From: Balanoglossus misakiensis
Taxonomy: Eukaryota; Animalia; Hemichordata
Direction of reading: 5' to 3'
Length of the DNA stretch: 64,000 nt
Assembly: GCA_040954595.2 (NCBI GenBank)
Contig: CM082594.2
Span: 5,007,319-5,071,318 of the forward strand
The translations under genes were made by a program, and so were the position numbers. Positions within the stretch are counted from its first letter, which is position 1. Every line of letters starts with the position of its first letter. A model generated the notes under the pieces. It did no database searches and was not told where the DNA came from. It was given only the letters and a program-made list of their open reading frames with translations. Positions 34,201 through 46,400 of the stretch are shown piece by piece.

Positions 34201-37200
34201 GACAATTGCCAACGAGGGTGTGGACTGTAAAAAAGTACTACCCCAGTAGTATGTCAGGTGTATTGTGAGAAAGTTGTAACCCCCAACCCCCCTCCTCCCC
34301 TGACATGTACTTGCATGTCTCGAATACTTACATCTCCCGCATAGTGCTTCAGTCGGAAACAGTCGTACGGAATGGTCTTGTCCGATTTGAGTTTGGTCCG
34401 GCTGTCAAAGTGGGCGTGGCGAGCGATGAAGTGGTGGGCATTGATTTTCTGCAGAAAGGTGTTGTCGTTGACCTTCCCTGGCCGCAGACACTCTTCGTCC
34501 AACATGGCCAGGATTCCCACGTTACTCTGAAATCAACGAAACAACACAGTTAGCATGGTTAATGACAGGCAGGTATATCTTCATCCAGGTATTAGTCCAG
34601 GGCTTAGAGAGAGTGACACGAGAAGGGGCTTAACCCTTTCAGTTTCACCACTATGGTTCAGTTTGCTTTTTCAAAATGTACAGTCAAACCCCTGTTAGTG
34701 GCCATCCCTATATAGTGGTCACCTCTATATAGTGGCCACTTTGTTACAGTCCCTGTGCAATTCACATGTGCATTAATTAATCTCTATATACAGGCCACAT
34801 GTCTATAAAGGCCAGTTTAGGAAAGTCCCTTGACTGGCCAGTATAGACAGGTTCGACCAATTCCTTCTTGAACATGTTCCAATCCTTTCTCACACTCCCG
34901 GCACGCTGGGAGTGTGAGAACAGAGTGTGAGAACAAATTGTTCTCACACTCTCACTGAATCAAAAGCTGTATATGACGCGAGCGCTGATTGGTTGACAAA
35001 GCGTTCTTTCGCTACGCGCGCTAAATGTTATCCAATGGCGCGATGTGTATTAAAGGCACAGAACTACAACGTGCCCCCAGACGACAGTTCCATAGTCATT
35101 TATTCAATGTTTTTAACGAATTTGGCTAATTTGTGACCGTGTGAGAAAAATAATCTCACACACCAAGGACCTGGGATCATATTTCTCACACTCGTCGGGG
35201 ATATTCTGTCCCACACGAGCCGCAGGCGAGTGTGGGACAGAAAATCCCCGACTCGTGTGAGAAATATGATCCCAGGTCCTTTGGAGTGTGAGATTCTATT
35301 AGTCCCTCATGCAAACAAACTCCCATTAAAATAAACACAATTCTGTCTGTGTCTGAGCTTAGCTACAGGACCAATAACACTAATTGGTGATGAGTGAGTG
35401 AGTGTATACCTTCTCGATGAGTTCACAGATGATGGCATTGTTGAAGAAGTCGACGTGAGTCCACTCTATTCCTTCCTGGATGTACTCTTCCTGTTCTTCC
35501 TTCAGCGTCAACTCGATGAAGATCTGTTGCAGTTTCTCATTGCAGTAGTTGATGATGAACTGCTCAAAACTGTTTTTCTGTTTCAAAAGAATTTTTAAGT
35601 AGGGTTAAAGGGACATTAGCTATATTAACTTTGAACTATTTTTTCAGTATTCTTGTTTTGTGTAGCAAATGCAATTTCTTGTTCTACTCACTACAGCATG
35701 CTTATATTACCAATTATATTATACCAGTATATTGATGGTGTAAATCACGCTATTTGATTGGTCGAGACACGACACGTGACCGTGATATATTAGCCATATA
35801 CCACAGTCATATATCATAGTCAAAGAAAATGCCTTTTTAAAATGTTTTATGCAAAGTTTCAATATACTGGCATAATATAATAGCAATAAAACACCCCCAG
35901 CCATGGTATACCACTCGATTTTGACCAGTTCAACTCCATATACGCACTCGCTATCGCTCGTGCATATATGTCGTGAACTGGTCAAAATCTCGTGGTATAC
36001 CATAGCTGGGGGTGTTTTATTGCTTAAGTATACTGTTTATCAAAAAACCTGAGTTTTGAGTGGTTACCTACCTGGAAAATTTCAAATCCATAGATGTCTA
36101 AAACACCCATCACTTTGTTCGACGGGTTTAGTTTCACCTGAGACAATAGAAGACAAAAAAATATTTGATTGAGAATGATTTTATTTTGATACTTATATGC
36201 ACACACTAAATTATGCAGAAATTGGACTATACTGAACTGTGCATACTAAGACAATACATCATAATATGACCTTTCTGAGGGGGTCAATAATATTCCCATC
36301 AGCCAATCAAAACAACTTACTCTGATACTCTCATTGATGGTCTTCACCACCCACTCGAACAATCTGGAGTAGATGGCTTTGCAGAGGGCGTCCCGAGCGT
36401 ACACAGCTGTTGAGGGGTCAAGCGAGGTCACCACGTGGTCACCTCGGCCTCCGACCATGGTGCGTTTGGTCAGCGATTCCAGGAGAACGTCGGTTTCAAT
36501 GTCCAGCAGGTCACAGATGTCATTCATGTCTGTGTACAGGAAGAAAAATAGCGTCAAAGACACTGGTGTTCCTGTTTGATCAGAGTTGGTAAATACCAGC
36601 GCATCATTCTGTAAAACACTTTATTTTCACGAGCAATTAATTTTCGCCAAATACGCGAGAGCCAAAATAGCGTGAAAATAAAAAGTCGCGTAGTTGTTTT
36701 TGAAGAAAACGATGCAGTGAATGGAATAAGAGAACACGAAAATTAATACTCGCGAATCAGTGGCCTCTCTCGATATCGCGAAAAATTTAACTCGTGAAAA
36801 TAAAGTGTTTTACAGTATAAGCACTGTATAGCCTTTCACAAGAACTGCCTCTTTGAACTGATCAAATGCGATCGTATTTTCTCTCACACACTTACCATCT
36901 TGCTGCAAGATTTTGACTGCTTCCATACCGTTTTTGGTCGTGAAGGTCTGAAACTGTATGTTTCCGAATTTCATAATGACTGCTAACAATTTGTAGACAG
37001 CCAAGATTTCTTCATCGGAGAAACCAAGAACCTGCATGGATGCCTACAGATGGAAAAATTGCAGAAAAATAAGGAAAGGAATCGATGTCACACAGAATAT
37101 TATTAGCATGTGACCAGAGCAGACTCTTAACTATTATAGTATTAAATATAACTTCATTTGTTTAGCATTCTAAAGTTCTACAAAGAAAAAACCTCAGACT

Positions 37201-40200
37201 CCATTTTTGTTACCAGTTCTGAAATATACTTGATATGAACTGCTTATAATTTATCATGTATAGATGAAAATAGTGTATCAGCTTTAATTATGAAACTACA
37301 CTGGCTCCCCAAGTGTTCAAGTTTTCAAATGCTTTTGTCTACCGTGTATTTTTTCTTTGGTGGCAAACATGCTATGTTAGATGCTTGCCATCAACAACTC
37401 TTGTTCTGTGATAGAGACTTGTTTGTTTACCTGCGTCGCAGCAAATTCTTCTTTGTCGTTTATCGTGTCCACGTCCGTGCATCCGCTCTGGTTCAAATAC
37501 ATGTAGAAATTGGGATCTCGCTTCAGCTGAAGTTCCTCTGTTGACAGGAATTAGAATGGCATAAAAACACAAAATTGAAATATAAGATGGTGTATGGGTT
37601 GTACACACAATACCTGAAGCAAATAATTTTAGGACAGAAAAATACAATATTACAAATGTCTGTGTCTGTCTGTCTGTCTGTACTTTAATTGCCTGTCTGT
37701 CTCTCCCACCCTCTCTCCCGACGCACCCATCACAAAATGAAACTCAACCAACCTAGAAGCAGCTCTGGTCCTCCTTTCAACAGCTGATAAAACATGTGAA
37801 AGCTTCTCTCTCCTTTGCTCTGAAATATGACTCTTGACTTTTCAAGTAAATCTGCAAAAATTAAAATATGAATATAAAATGTATTAATTTTATATCCATG
37901 TACCACAATTTATATGACCACCTGTATGGTCATATTACAGTTACATACAGGACTTTATAAATAGCATGTGTAGACTATACCTGTGTCAAAATTACAGTAA
38001 AGTCGGTCTAAACCGAACACCAAATTGTTCGGTTTGCAGGTGTCCAATTTTGATCAGAGTGAGTTTAATACTTACAATTTGTGATGACACCTCCGATGGG
38101 GTCGCCTTTGAAATCAAACTCTATATCCATGTATTTTCCCTGAGGAAAAAGAAAAAAAGCAAATATATATGTATAGTTAATACAAAATTCACAATCATCC
38201 CCATCTGGCCATACCATCAAGTCATAAACCTACAAGATACATTCTGACTGAGAATGTCTGGGTGTATATAAGATTCTGACAAGTGTCTACCTGTAAACAA
38301 AATGTTGGGAAAAAATTCTCGGAACACACCAGCATTGATCTTGGACTGAAATCCTTACCAGCAAACCACAGTACATACTTCCAAAATATTTGAAGTTAAA
38401 GGTTAAACCACAATCATAAAACAGGATTTAAAGTTAATTAAACAATAAAAAGGAAACATTTCAAAGAGTTATCAAAATGGAATGTACAAACAGAAAAAAT
38501 GGCAAACTTACAAATCTGGAAGAATTATCATTCCTGAGTGTCTTTGCATTACCAAATGCTGAAAATTAATATTGAAAAATTTCATGTCACACAACATGCT
38601 TCACACTTCAAACGAAAAAATCGTTTAGTAAGGTGAGTGAAAATTAACAGAGTTGTGACATGCAGGTCATTTGGTGCATATTACAATTAATTACATTTAA
38701 ATAGTTTGTGAAATGTCATAAAAATAATATTTTGAATTGGTCAACTGAACACACCTAGGGAAGGGATTTTCACATAAAACCAATTCCTCATCATACAACA
38801 AATGCAGTCATTAATACATTTTTGATAAAGTAAAATAAAATTACTAAAGTAAACAGCATATGATTTCCAGATCAGCATGCAAATTACATGGTCGGCCAAT
38901 GCATAATTTTCAAAACGCTTGCATTGTTAGAAAATGAACATTTAGCTTTTCAGCAATGTGTACATTTTAAAATATACTTGTATTAAATATGGCAGTGCTT
39001 GTGTATATTTCAATGTAGCATTGTTCATTACGGTGAGTACAGTTCATTACAGTACAATTATCCCCCCCAAAAAATATCCTCCACCTCACCCCCTTGGAAA
39101 TCAAATGGTTCTCCCCTTACCTTCTAATACTGGGTTGGACTGTAGGAGTTGTTCTTTCACTCTGTCAATGTCTCTTCCTTTGCCAGACACTGCCGCTACA
39201 TACTGCATCACAATCTTGCTGGCCTCTGTATAAATATGAAACAACGTAACATCAATGATTTTGCCATGAACAATAAAGTACACCTGTTTGAACTGTGCAA
39301 AGGTGATGCATTTTGCATAACCAGACCGTAGAGGGCAGCACAGAATTGTAATTATAAAACACAAGAGGTGTGTGTACATTTCCATCATGTTTTGATGTTT
39401 TAGCCAGTGGTACAAGAGATGAAAGTGTTGCTTTGTGCTACGGCTACAAACATCACAGACTGATTACGCAAGTATCAATTTCACTCAAGAAAACACTTCA
39501 CACCTAAGTGTTCAAGCAACAAAAACACTTTACAATGTGTTTGAAAAAATACCATTATTATTATTAGGTAGGGTGGGAAAGAGAATATAGTGAGGGTGAG
39601 TTTCCGTACCTGTTTTACCAGCACCACTCTCCCCCGAGATAATAATACACTGGTCTCTTCCCTTGTCTCTCATCGACCGATATGCATCATCAGCTATGGC
39701 ATAGCTGAGAGAAGGAAAAAAAGATTACAAGAATATTAACCAAAATCAGGAAAATGTGTCTTCGCCGAGTTAGAGAACACATCTCTAATCTCTACAGGAG
39801 ACTAGACTATTTGAAAAGCTAGTTACATATATAATCAGCCATCTTGGCTGTGTTGAATTATTGATGAATTTGGGGAAGGCTCCATTTTGAATTTTCAAGA
39901 TGGCCGCCTTCACTTTGAATATGGTTACAGCATACATATGAGAAATATATGTACATCAAAGTCTTATTTGGGTATTGCAAGGCTTGTGGGATCAAAATTC
40001 ACATCAGTACCATACTTACATATGTGGGGGTAATTCATAGAGATTTTTGCCTTTGTAATCTTCAATCTTTTCTTTGCCATAGATGGGTAAATCTTGATAT
40101 GGGTTGACTGATACGACAACATTTCCTATGTAAGTCTGAAAAGAAACCCCACACGATAAAATTAATGTTTTGCAAATATGAAGAAATCTGGTTCTTGTAA

Positions 40201-41125
40201 ATACACGCACATACCACGCGTTCAGTGGTCACACATCATTGAATTATAAAATAAACAGCAAACAGGCTGTGATTGTTATGTCTGGCTTTGACTTGTTTCA
40301 AAACAAACCAATCCGTGTGGTGGCCGAAACCTCACAGAGATTGATGATTTTGGAATTTCTGGGAACGGGATTCCACATTCTTTACTGGCGAGTCATTGTT
40401 AGTGTACAGTTGCACAACCTCCAGATGTACTGTCCACACCGAGACGAAGAAACGATTTGAATATTTGTTCAAGGTATCAAAGTGTGAAGATTAGCGTACA
40501 TCCTGAATCTAATCCTGCTTCTTTTCAAGTACATGTAAATTTTCAACCACCCTGCCATGAAATCATTGAATTAATTTAATTAGATATGAAAATTTTATTA
40601 AATGTTATCATGATATGAAAGAATTGTTTCCCCATTTTTCCTCTGTTTTGATCTTACATGAAACCTGGCAAAGTGCTCTCTGATATTATCTGCGCTAATA
40701 ATGTTTCTCATCTGTCAACATCATTTGACTTGTCAATCGCATGAGGACTTCTCTTATTCTGTACAGAAAGCTTGTACTTTGATACAATAATAATTCAATG
40801 ACAGAATTTTATGGAAGTAAAATGTTAAATCACGTTATTTTTATATTTTCATTTCTGTATCAGACAGGATGTCACTCAAAATAACTCAACGATGTCAGTA
40901 AAAAGCACTCTGTCACTTTAAAAGATCAAATCAGCTTGATAAATTTCTTACATATACGTCATGGGCATCAAAGCGCAATTTCAGATTATCGACGAAGGCG
41001 TCTTCTGTCATTGGATCGAGGAGAACACAGTCACCGACTCCAACCATGTCATCGAGAATGGTCCGCGTCGGGCCGTGGACTGGCCCGTTTTGCGCTGCCA
41101 TAGCGACGGTGGCCGCTTTCTTCAT
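28101..41125 (-). CDS. MYO1B: unconventional myosin I (MYO1A/MYO1B subfamily), complete, 26 coding exons, ~1090 aa
   Basis: Exons join to 3273 nt in frame. P-loop GESGAGKTE, switch [20 protein letters not shown], switch [43 protein letters not shown], 4-5 IQ motifs and a TH1 tail. N-terminal [15 protein letters not shown] and [11 protein letters not shown] are MYO1A/B-type. Confidence 0.95.
28608..28735 (-). CDS. MYO1B: myosin I exon (TH1)
   Basis: [24 protein letters not shown]...VEISN. Confidence 0.9.
29003..29155 (-). CDS. MYO1B: myosin I exon (TH1)
   Basis: AVNQLFILS...[28 protein letters not shown]. Confidence 0.9.
29389..29524 (-). CDS. MYO1B: myosin I exon (TH1)
   Basis: [10 protein letters not shown]...[14 protein letters not shown]. 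Confidence 0.9.
29724..29830 (-). CDS. MYO1B: myosin I exon (TH1 start)
   Basis: AMKYRQKF...[18 protein letters not shown]. Confidence 0.9.
29988..30119 (-). CDS. MYO1B: myosin I exon
   Basis: [25 protein letters not shown]...IFIRWR. Confidence 0.88.
30265..30339 (-). CDS. MYO1B: myosin I exon
   Basis: [25 protein letters not shown]. Confidence 0.9.
30753..30908 (-). CDS. MYO1B: myosin I exon (IQ3-4)
   Basis: [28 protein letters not shown]...[10 protein letters not shown]. Confidence 0.9.
31439..31588 (-). CDS. MYO1B: myosin I exon (IQ1-2)
   Basis: [26 protein letters not shown]...VQKRVRGFQ. Confidence 0.93.
32190..32282 (-). mobile_element. ~90-bp TTAA MITE family copy (reverse)
   Basis: ...GTCCAAACTTACCATAGAAAACAATGCATTTGGGCTGAACCATGGCGGTGAAAGGGT. 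Confidence 0.7.
32301..32517 (-). CDS. MYO1B: myosin I exon (converter)
   Basis: [16 protein letters not shown]...[13 protein letters not shown]. Confidence 0.95.
32655..32722 (-). CDS. MYO1B: myosin I exon
   Basis: [23 protein letters not shown]. Confidence 0.93.
32806..33020. repeat. (TACAG)43 perfect pentanucleotide microsatellite
   Basis: Directly visible; followed by degenerate CAGC/CAGA/CAGT repeats to ~33245. Confidence 0.98.
33256..33321 (-). CDS. MYO1B: myosin I exon
   Basis: [22 protein letters not shown]. Confidence 0.93.
33574..33744 (-). CDS. MYO1B: myosin I exon
   Basis: [20 protein letters not shown]...[11 protein letters not shown]. Confidence 0.94.
34332..34526 (-). CDS. 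MYO1B: myosin I exon
   Basis: [17 protein letters not shown]...FRLKHYAGD. Confidence 0.94.
34681..34858. mobile_element. MITE, pogo/Tigger-like
   Basis: TA-CAGTCAAACC...CAGGTTCGAC termini; internal TATATAGTGGYCAC subrepeats. Confidence 0.65.
34887..35300. mobile_element. palindromic non-autonomous element (hairpin type A)
   Basis: Two short hairpins (34887-34920, 34922-34952), inverted GATTGG/CCAAT pair, ~145-nt hairpin 35152-35295. Confidence 0.75.
35410..35577 (-). CDS. MYO1B: myosin I exon
   Basis: [32 protein letters not shown]...ELIEK. Confidence 0.95.
35719..36024. mobile_element. palindromic non-autonomous element (hairpin type B)
   Basis: Left end with TGATTGGTC; ~143-nt hairpin 35882-36024 (AGCAATAAAACACCCCCAGC...GCTGGGGGTGTTTTATTGCT). 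Confidence 0.75.
36072..36137 (-). CDS. MYO1B: myosin I exon (switch II)
   Basis: [22 protein letters not shown]. Confidence 0.94.
36321..36529 (-). CDS. MYO1B: myosin I exon
   Basis: MNDICDLL...[29 protein letters not shown]. Confidence 0.93.
36609..36815. mobile_element. MITE, Tc1/mariner-like
   Basis: 25-bp perfect terminal inverted repeats CTGTAAAACACTTTATTTTCACGAG / CTCGTGAAAATAAAGTGTTTTACAG; TA on the right flank; internal TCGCGA/CGTGAAAA subrepeats. Confidence 0.85.
36896..37043 (-). CDS. MYO1B: myosin I exon
   Basis: [31 protein letters not shown]... Confidence 0.92.
37431..37537 (-). CDS. MYO1B: myosin I exon
   Basis: [35 protein letters not shown]. Confidence 0.9.
37753..37851 (-). 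CDS. MYO1B: myosin I exon
   Basis: [33 protein letters not shown]. Confidence 0.92.
38076..38139 (-). CDS. MYO1B: myosin I exon
   Basis: [21 protein letters not shown]. Confidence 0.94.
38512..38558 (-). CDS. MYO1B: myosin I exon (switch I)
   Basis: [16 protein letters not shown]. Confidence 0.94.
39121..39225 (-). CDS. MYO1B: myosin I exon
   Basis: [35 protein letters not shown]. Confidence 0.94.
39610..39704 (-). CDS. MYO1B: myosin I exon (P-loop)
   Basis: [31 protein letters not shown]. Confidence 0.94.
40020..40135 (-). CDS. MYO1B: myosin I exon
   Basis: [19 protein letters not shown]...YELPPH. Confidence 0.93.
40952..41125 (-). CDS. MYO1B: myosin I coding exon 1 (acceptor at 41148)
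   Basis: [12 protein letters not shown]...[36 protein letters not shown]; |GTAAG; start could instead be the second Met at 41101. Confidence 0.88.
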
Positions 41126-43164
41126 CCTTGCGTCTGCTGTGGCCCGATCTGGAAAAAACGAGTTAATTGAGTTAATACCATGACTGCTGCCAAAATAATT
41201 AGATATCTTTGTCAGTTTTCTTATGATTAAAGCTGTCACTGTCAAAACTGTTGTATCCAATACAGGCACAGCATCTCTGCACAGTACCAGTGTTTATGTC
41301 GAGCAACTCAAAATTGAAAACTCAACAGAAATTCCATGATCATGGCAAGGCCAATGGACATCAAATCTGTCAGTAAAATGATATGCCCTGCAGGAATGCA
41401 GACTAGACACTCTCATTTCTGTGGGCGCATGCACCCATGGTCACCTCCATGAAAAAGAGATTAAAGATCTGGTGAAAGATGTTTGGCCTTTAATTGTCAC
41501 AGGGAAATACAGGAAGCATCTGTGGCTGCAGATGTTTGGGATGTAATGAAGGTCCTAAACAGTGGAAAGTACGAGTATAAACTTTCTAAAAGTAACAGGT
41601 TTTATGGTAAAAGCAGACTTTTACCAGTTATCAGATAGTACCAACATCATGGCAAGTTTTCCCAATAGAAAAGTTGTATACCAAAACTCTCTTGAATTTC
41701 TGCTACCAACTTTCTGCTGGAGTAAACAGTGGGCTTACAAACACACCAACCAATCCTTTCCTAGAGGGTGTGTACAACGGTTGATGTACTGTCTATTTGT
41801 TATCCATTACTACAAATACTTTATTCAAAGATACATGACAACCTTGCCCAAATCACTGTATTTCTTTTTCCGTGTTTTATTTGCACTTTTTATCATTCTT
41901 CCAATATGCCCAGTCCCCAACGCCTTATCATAGATGACATCATCAATAGACACATTGATATTTCATGATAAAAAAATGATACTTGTCAACAGTGAGCAAA
42001 TTTATAGAAATAATGGCACTCCATCTTATCTGTAGAAAATAATCTAAAGATTTGACTACATACATGAATGTGCCCGCGCACTCTGCTAGCAGTCTTGTTT
42101 CATGCGTGGTTACCTACATAGTCACTGACACGTCAAAGTGAACCTGCCAAAGCCATGTGTATACAACGCAGTGACGTACTGTCATCTGTAACACGTCTAT
42201 CATCACTGAACATTCCAAGGAGACTGCGATCTCTGCATAGCAAACATTATCTGAATAACAATGGTCTTTCTCGCTCAGTGTTTTGAAATGAGCTTGCTAG
42301 GAACCCATAACTTCTTTCAGAATGTCACTAGGGAAAAGCAGCCTGCAAAATGTTGGATACACTGTCCAAATACCCACATGTTTCCAGTAGCATGTGCCCG
42401 ACTACCAGTAGGTCAAAGGTTAAACCCTGCAGTTTTGTGTAAATTTCAACACGGGTGTGGTTTCACGGACTTTGTGTTATGTCGTGAAGCGTCGTTCTGA
42501 TATAACATTGCGCAGTTTTTAATAGCTTCATGGTGTTTCCTCTTTTTGCCCTATTACTGTACACTGAGGACAAATCTGGCATAAACATGTTTGAAAATAG
42601 ATCAGAATACACATAAAATCAACAGGTGTTTTTGACAGAGGATCTCTGATTTACAATTATGGGATCTGTTCTGCAAATAACCACGCAATGAAAAGTAAGA
42701 AACTTACACTGAAAAGAAAAAAAAATCCAGGAAATAAATCTGGATAATTAGCTTGTCAAAGTCTGGAGGAACTTTGCCACAATGAAAATGGGATTTAATG
42801 GCAATTTGTTCACTGAAATGATCGAGGATTATAGAGGGGGTCGTATATTTGCCTCAAGTTCTTCCTGGTTCACTTTATACTTTCTAGGTGCCTGGAGGCT
42901 AAAGTGAAGAGTTGCCGGGTCACGTGGGCATTCTGGTCAGAGTCGGATTGATCCAGTTAGCTAGTACACGGATTTGTGTGAAAGTGAAAATCAGTCAGTT
43001 GAGACCGGAAATAATGTTGCGTTATGGTTTAGCCGAGTAGGGAAAAATATTCACTGGAGCTGAACATGGACTGTACATTACTTTACAGTAGTATTTGTTT
43101 CTTGTTACATAATAGATACAGCCATTATGGTATTACTTGTCATGAATAAATGTTCAGTACAGTG

Positions 43165-43403
43165 AAATTGTGCCAAATTTGAAATTCAAAATGGCCGCCT
43201 CTCTCTTTGGTTAAGTCTATGGAGAAAAATTAAAGTAGTGATTCTTATGAAAACAAGATGGTGGTGAACACTGTGTTTTCTTCTTTAATTAATTTCATAT
43301 GATAAAAGACTGCTCATATTTATTCGTGTATCAAATAATTGAAAGGTTTGGAGAACTAAAAAATTTCTGAAAATTTGTCCCCAAGGCACAACCCTTACCT
43401 TAA
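43165..43403. repeat. dispersed repeat shared with 54153-54430
   Basis: Shared core AATTCAAAATGG.C.CC...TTAAGTCTATGGA.AAAAA.TAAA and AAAGGTTTGGA; related CCATTTTGAA(A)TT fragments at ~10200 and ~39880. Confidence 0.6.
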
Positions 43404-46400
43404 AAAAGAATTTTACAATGCACAGCAAAGTCTGGGCAAATCAAACATGTCACTGAGTGAAAACACACAATTCACCTCTAGAGGTGACCTCTTAACCTAT
43501 GACGTTTAGGAGTAAGTACAATGGAACAGAAAAGAATATTTCCTGACAGTAGTCACTTGAAAACCATTGAGGACACAACGACTGCCACAAACACATGCTA
43601 TCTTCGCATCCATGCAGTCATCTTCAATAAAAAGCCCTGCACATTGCCTTTGAACCAGACAGTCAGGATGTACGTGTTTGGACGTGATCTGGATTACTGG
43701 TATTAAACCAAGACTATAGTTTCTATCCTTTTGATATCTCTGTGAAAAGCCACGGTTTTATTTGATGCATCTGGCATAAAACAGTGGTTTCGAGATGCTT
43801 GGAACGTCAGGCTTGATTTTTAAGAGCCTCTATCCAACTGCATTTGGTGTACATTTAGTAACAGAGGATCGAGCAATGATCTTAAAATATACCTTTTTGA
43901 GTTGTTTTTCTCAAAAAGATGCAGCTCGAGATACTATAATTCTTTCCTCTAAACTTGATGTCTGCACGAACACTGCATCGATGCACACAAATTGATTAGT
44001 GCGGAAATTCGCCAATTTACGGTCACATCCTGTCTATCAGGGAGAGGCAGAGATCCATTGACGTGAACGGAAACCGATATGATAATCTGAGAAAACATCA
44101 GGTGTTTTGGACTTGTCAATGACAAGGGATATGTATAAATACCTAGGACGGTACTGCACTGACCGAAAATCGTTCACAGCTCGTTTCAAGAGTTGAATGA
44201 ATTACATAAAGGGCTTTGGTAAATCATATAAGATGGCACTGGAACCCCAACATTTTGGACTTTTCTTGAATTTCATAATCAAAGTGGTGAAATCCATTTG
44301 CCATAAAGGGGGAGTCAATAAGACTTCAGCAAAATCCCCTACTTGAGGAATTTCACGATCCATTATTTTCAATTTCCAAAGAATGGATTACATGGCTATT
44401 TGGCAAATTGTAACTCCTGAAATTCCTAGTCTGGGGAAACGTCCCAATCTCATATATTCAGCTTGAGTGAGTGCATTGTGCAGGGTGTTCTTGGTGAGTT
44501 ATTTCTGACAATAGGTATCTACTGTACTGTACTAGTGTGTTTAATACAGCACTGGTCATCTGTGCAGTACTGTTACACAAGCCCAATCGATACAATCAGA
44601 CATTCGGTATAAAACAAAAGCAAACCCAGTATTGTGTATATAGTACAGTTTACAATGAACACACAATAGTCATTGTAACTCACTGTACACATGTCTCCTT
44701 GAATTTTGCCTTTGGGTGACCTTTGACCCACTAATGTCCAACTGTTGGCAAGTACCTGTAGTTGCTTTTTACTCAACTCTTTTTCCCCTCCATTTGATTC
44801 AAGGGTTGCTAGATATTTTCTTTAATCAGTTGTCATCATCCTCAGACTCTTCACCGGAACATGCCTCTAGTTTGATAACTTTTATAGAATGGACTTATCT
44901 GATCGTATAACTGAGCTAAAAAGACCAAGACAACTCCATGAATTGCAGGACACAATTGACGGACAAAGTCCTGCAGATACTACTTGTCACTTATGACCTT
45001 CTGAAAGGTCATCTCAACGTGTCACTTCGCTCAACCAGCTAGTTTATAATATATGTATCATGATGTGAAAAGTTGAACGTAACTATGATAGCCTCCTTTG
45101 TGACAGAGCCACATGCAACCAACCTGAACTCCGCAAGTACTCTATAAATACTACAGATTTATTACGTATTGTATGACAGTATCTCATGATTGTCACCACT
45201 TAATTTGATCATATTTCATACATTTTATGATTTGTCATGTCAATCAATCTCTCCCCGTTGTCTACATCAAGATTGGTGTTTGGCATCATATTGACTATCA
45301 ACTACATTATGACTCTGCAAAATATCTTTTTATTCTTGATTGTATTATACAATTGCGCCAATGCCTTACATCTGCTGGAGGCGTTAACTTTCTCAATGCA
45401 ACTGTCGTGCATGATGGAGTTTAGGGGCACAGTCAAATAATGATGGCCCTGGGAGAACTTAGGTCAAATGTACACTTGTTCTGTAGTATATATACACCTG
45501 TTGGAGCTGACAGCCTGTCTTCAGATGCATGGCATCTGTGCCCGGCCGAAGGAAACCACAAAAAGCAGCTGTATATGCACAGTAACATAAATCTTATGAC
45601 ACTACGCGCATACACAGGCACATGTGCTGTTCTTGTCGTCAATACCTTGACCAAGAATTACAATTCACAACAGATGTGTCACTGTCCGCAGACTAGAGGG
45701 ACTGGTCTGATAAGTATTCTACGCAGATTTAGGAATTAGGAAAAACAAACTGGCCATCCACCTTTCACAAATAAACACCGCCTAGTGGCAATTTGAATGC
45801 CTTTGTCTTCAAAATCCCATTCCCTACAAAGCTTTCCTTTCTGGAATACCACGATCTCCGGTTGATCAAGATTCCTCTTGCCGCTGAATTTATACGAGAC
45901 AGTACTGGATGAGAGACTGTACAGGATGTCTGTTAATATTTAAAATTGTCATCTTCTTACCAACCCAGGTATGTCACACTCCCAACAAAATTGTCAGCGT
46001 GGTGTTGACAGTTGATTTTAGTTTTCCATGTTTTTTAACTAGGAGATTCAAATATGTAATATTGACAAATACACAAAAAATAAAAGCCAGTCTGAACTTT
46101 TAAAGACTTTAGAGTATTTGGAGTGCAACTTTTACACACTGCTAATTTTTACTTCATATTGGATTTTCAGCAATTCTTCACCTTTCACCATATTATTTTT
46201 ATCAACTTTAACCCACAGAAAAAAATTCAGAGAGATAAAGCCAATATAGGTAGGTTGTGAAGAAGCTTACGTCGTATCTTTTGAGTTTCAAAAAACCAAA
46301 GAGCAACAAAAATTATGACTTTAATAAAAATCAAAGCTTTCATATTAAATGGCTTGACCTGAGGCACATGAAAATAAAAAATATCTGACACAAAGTTAGC

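Noticed and set aside
36380-36445. Myosin TEDS-site residue
   Set aside because: The position 16 residues before DALCK is Asp, the normal acidic state for metazoan class I myosins.
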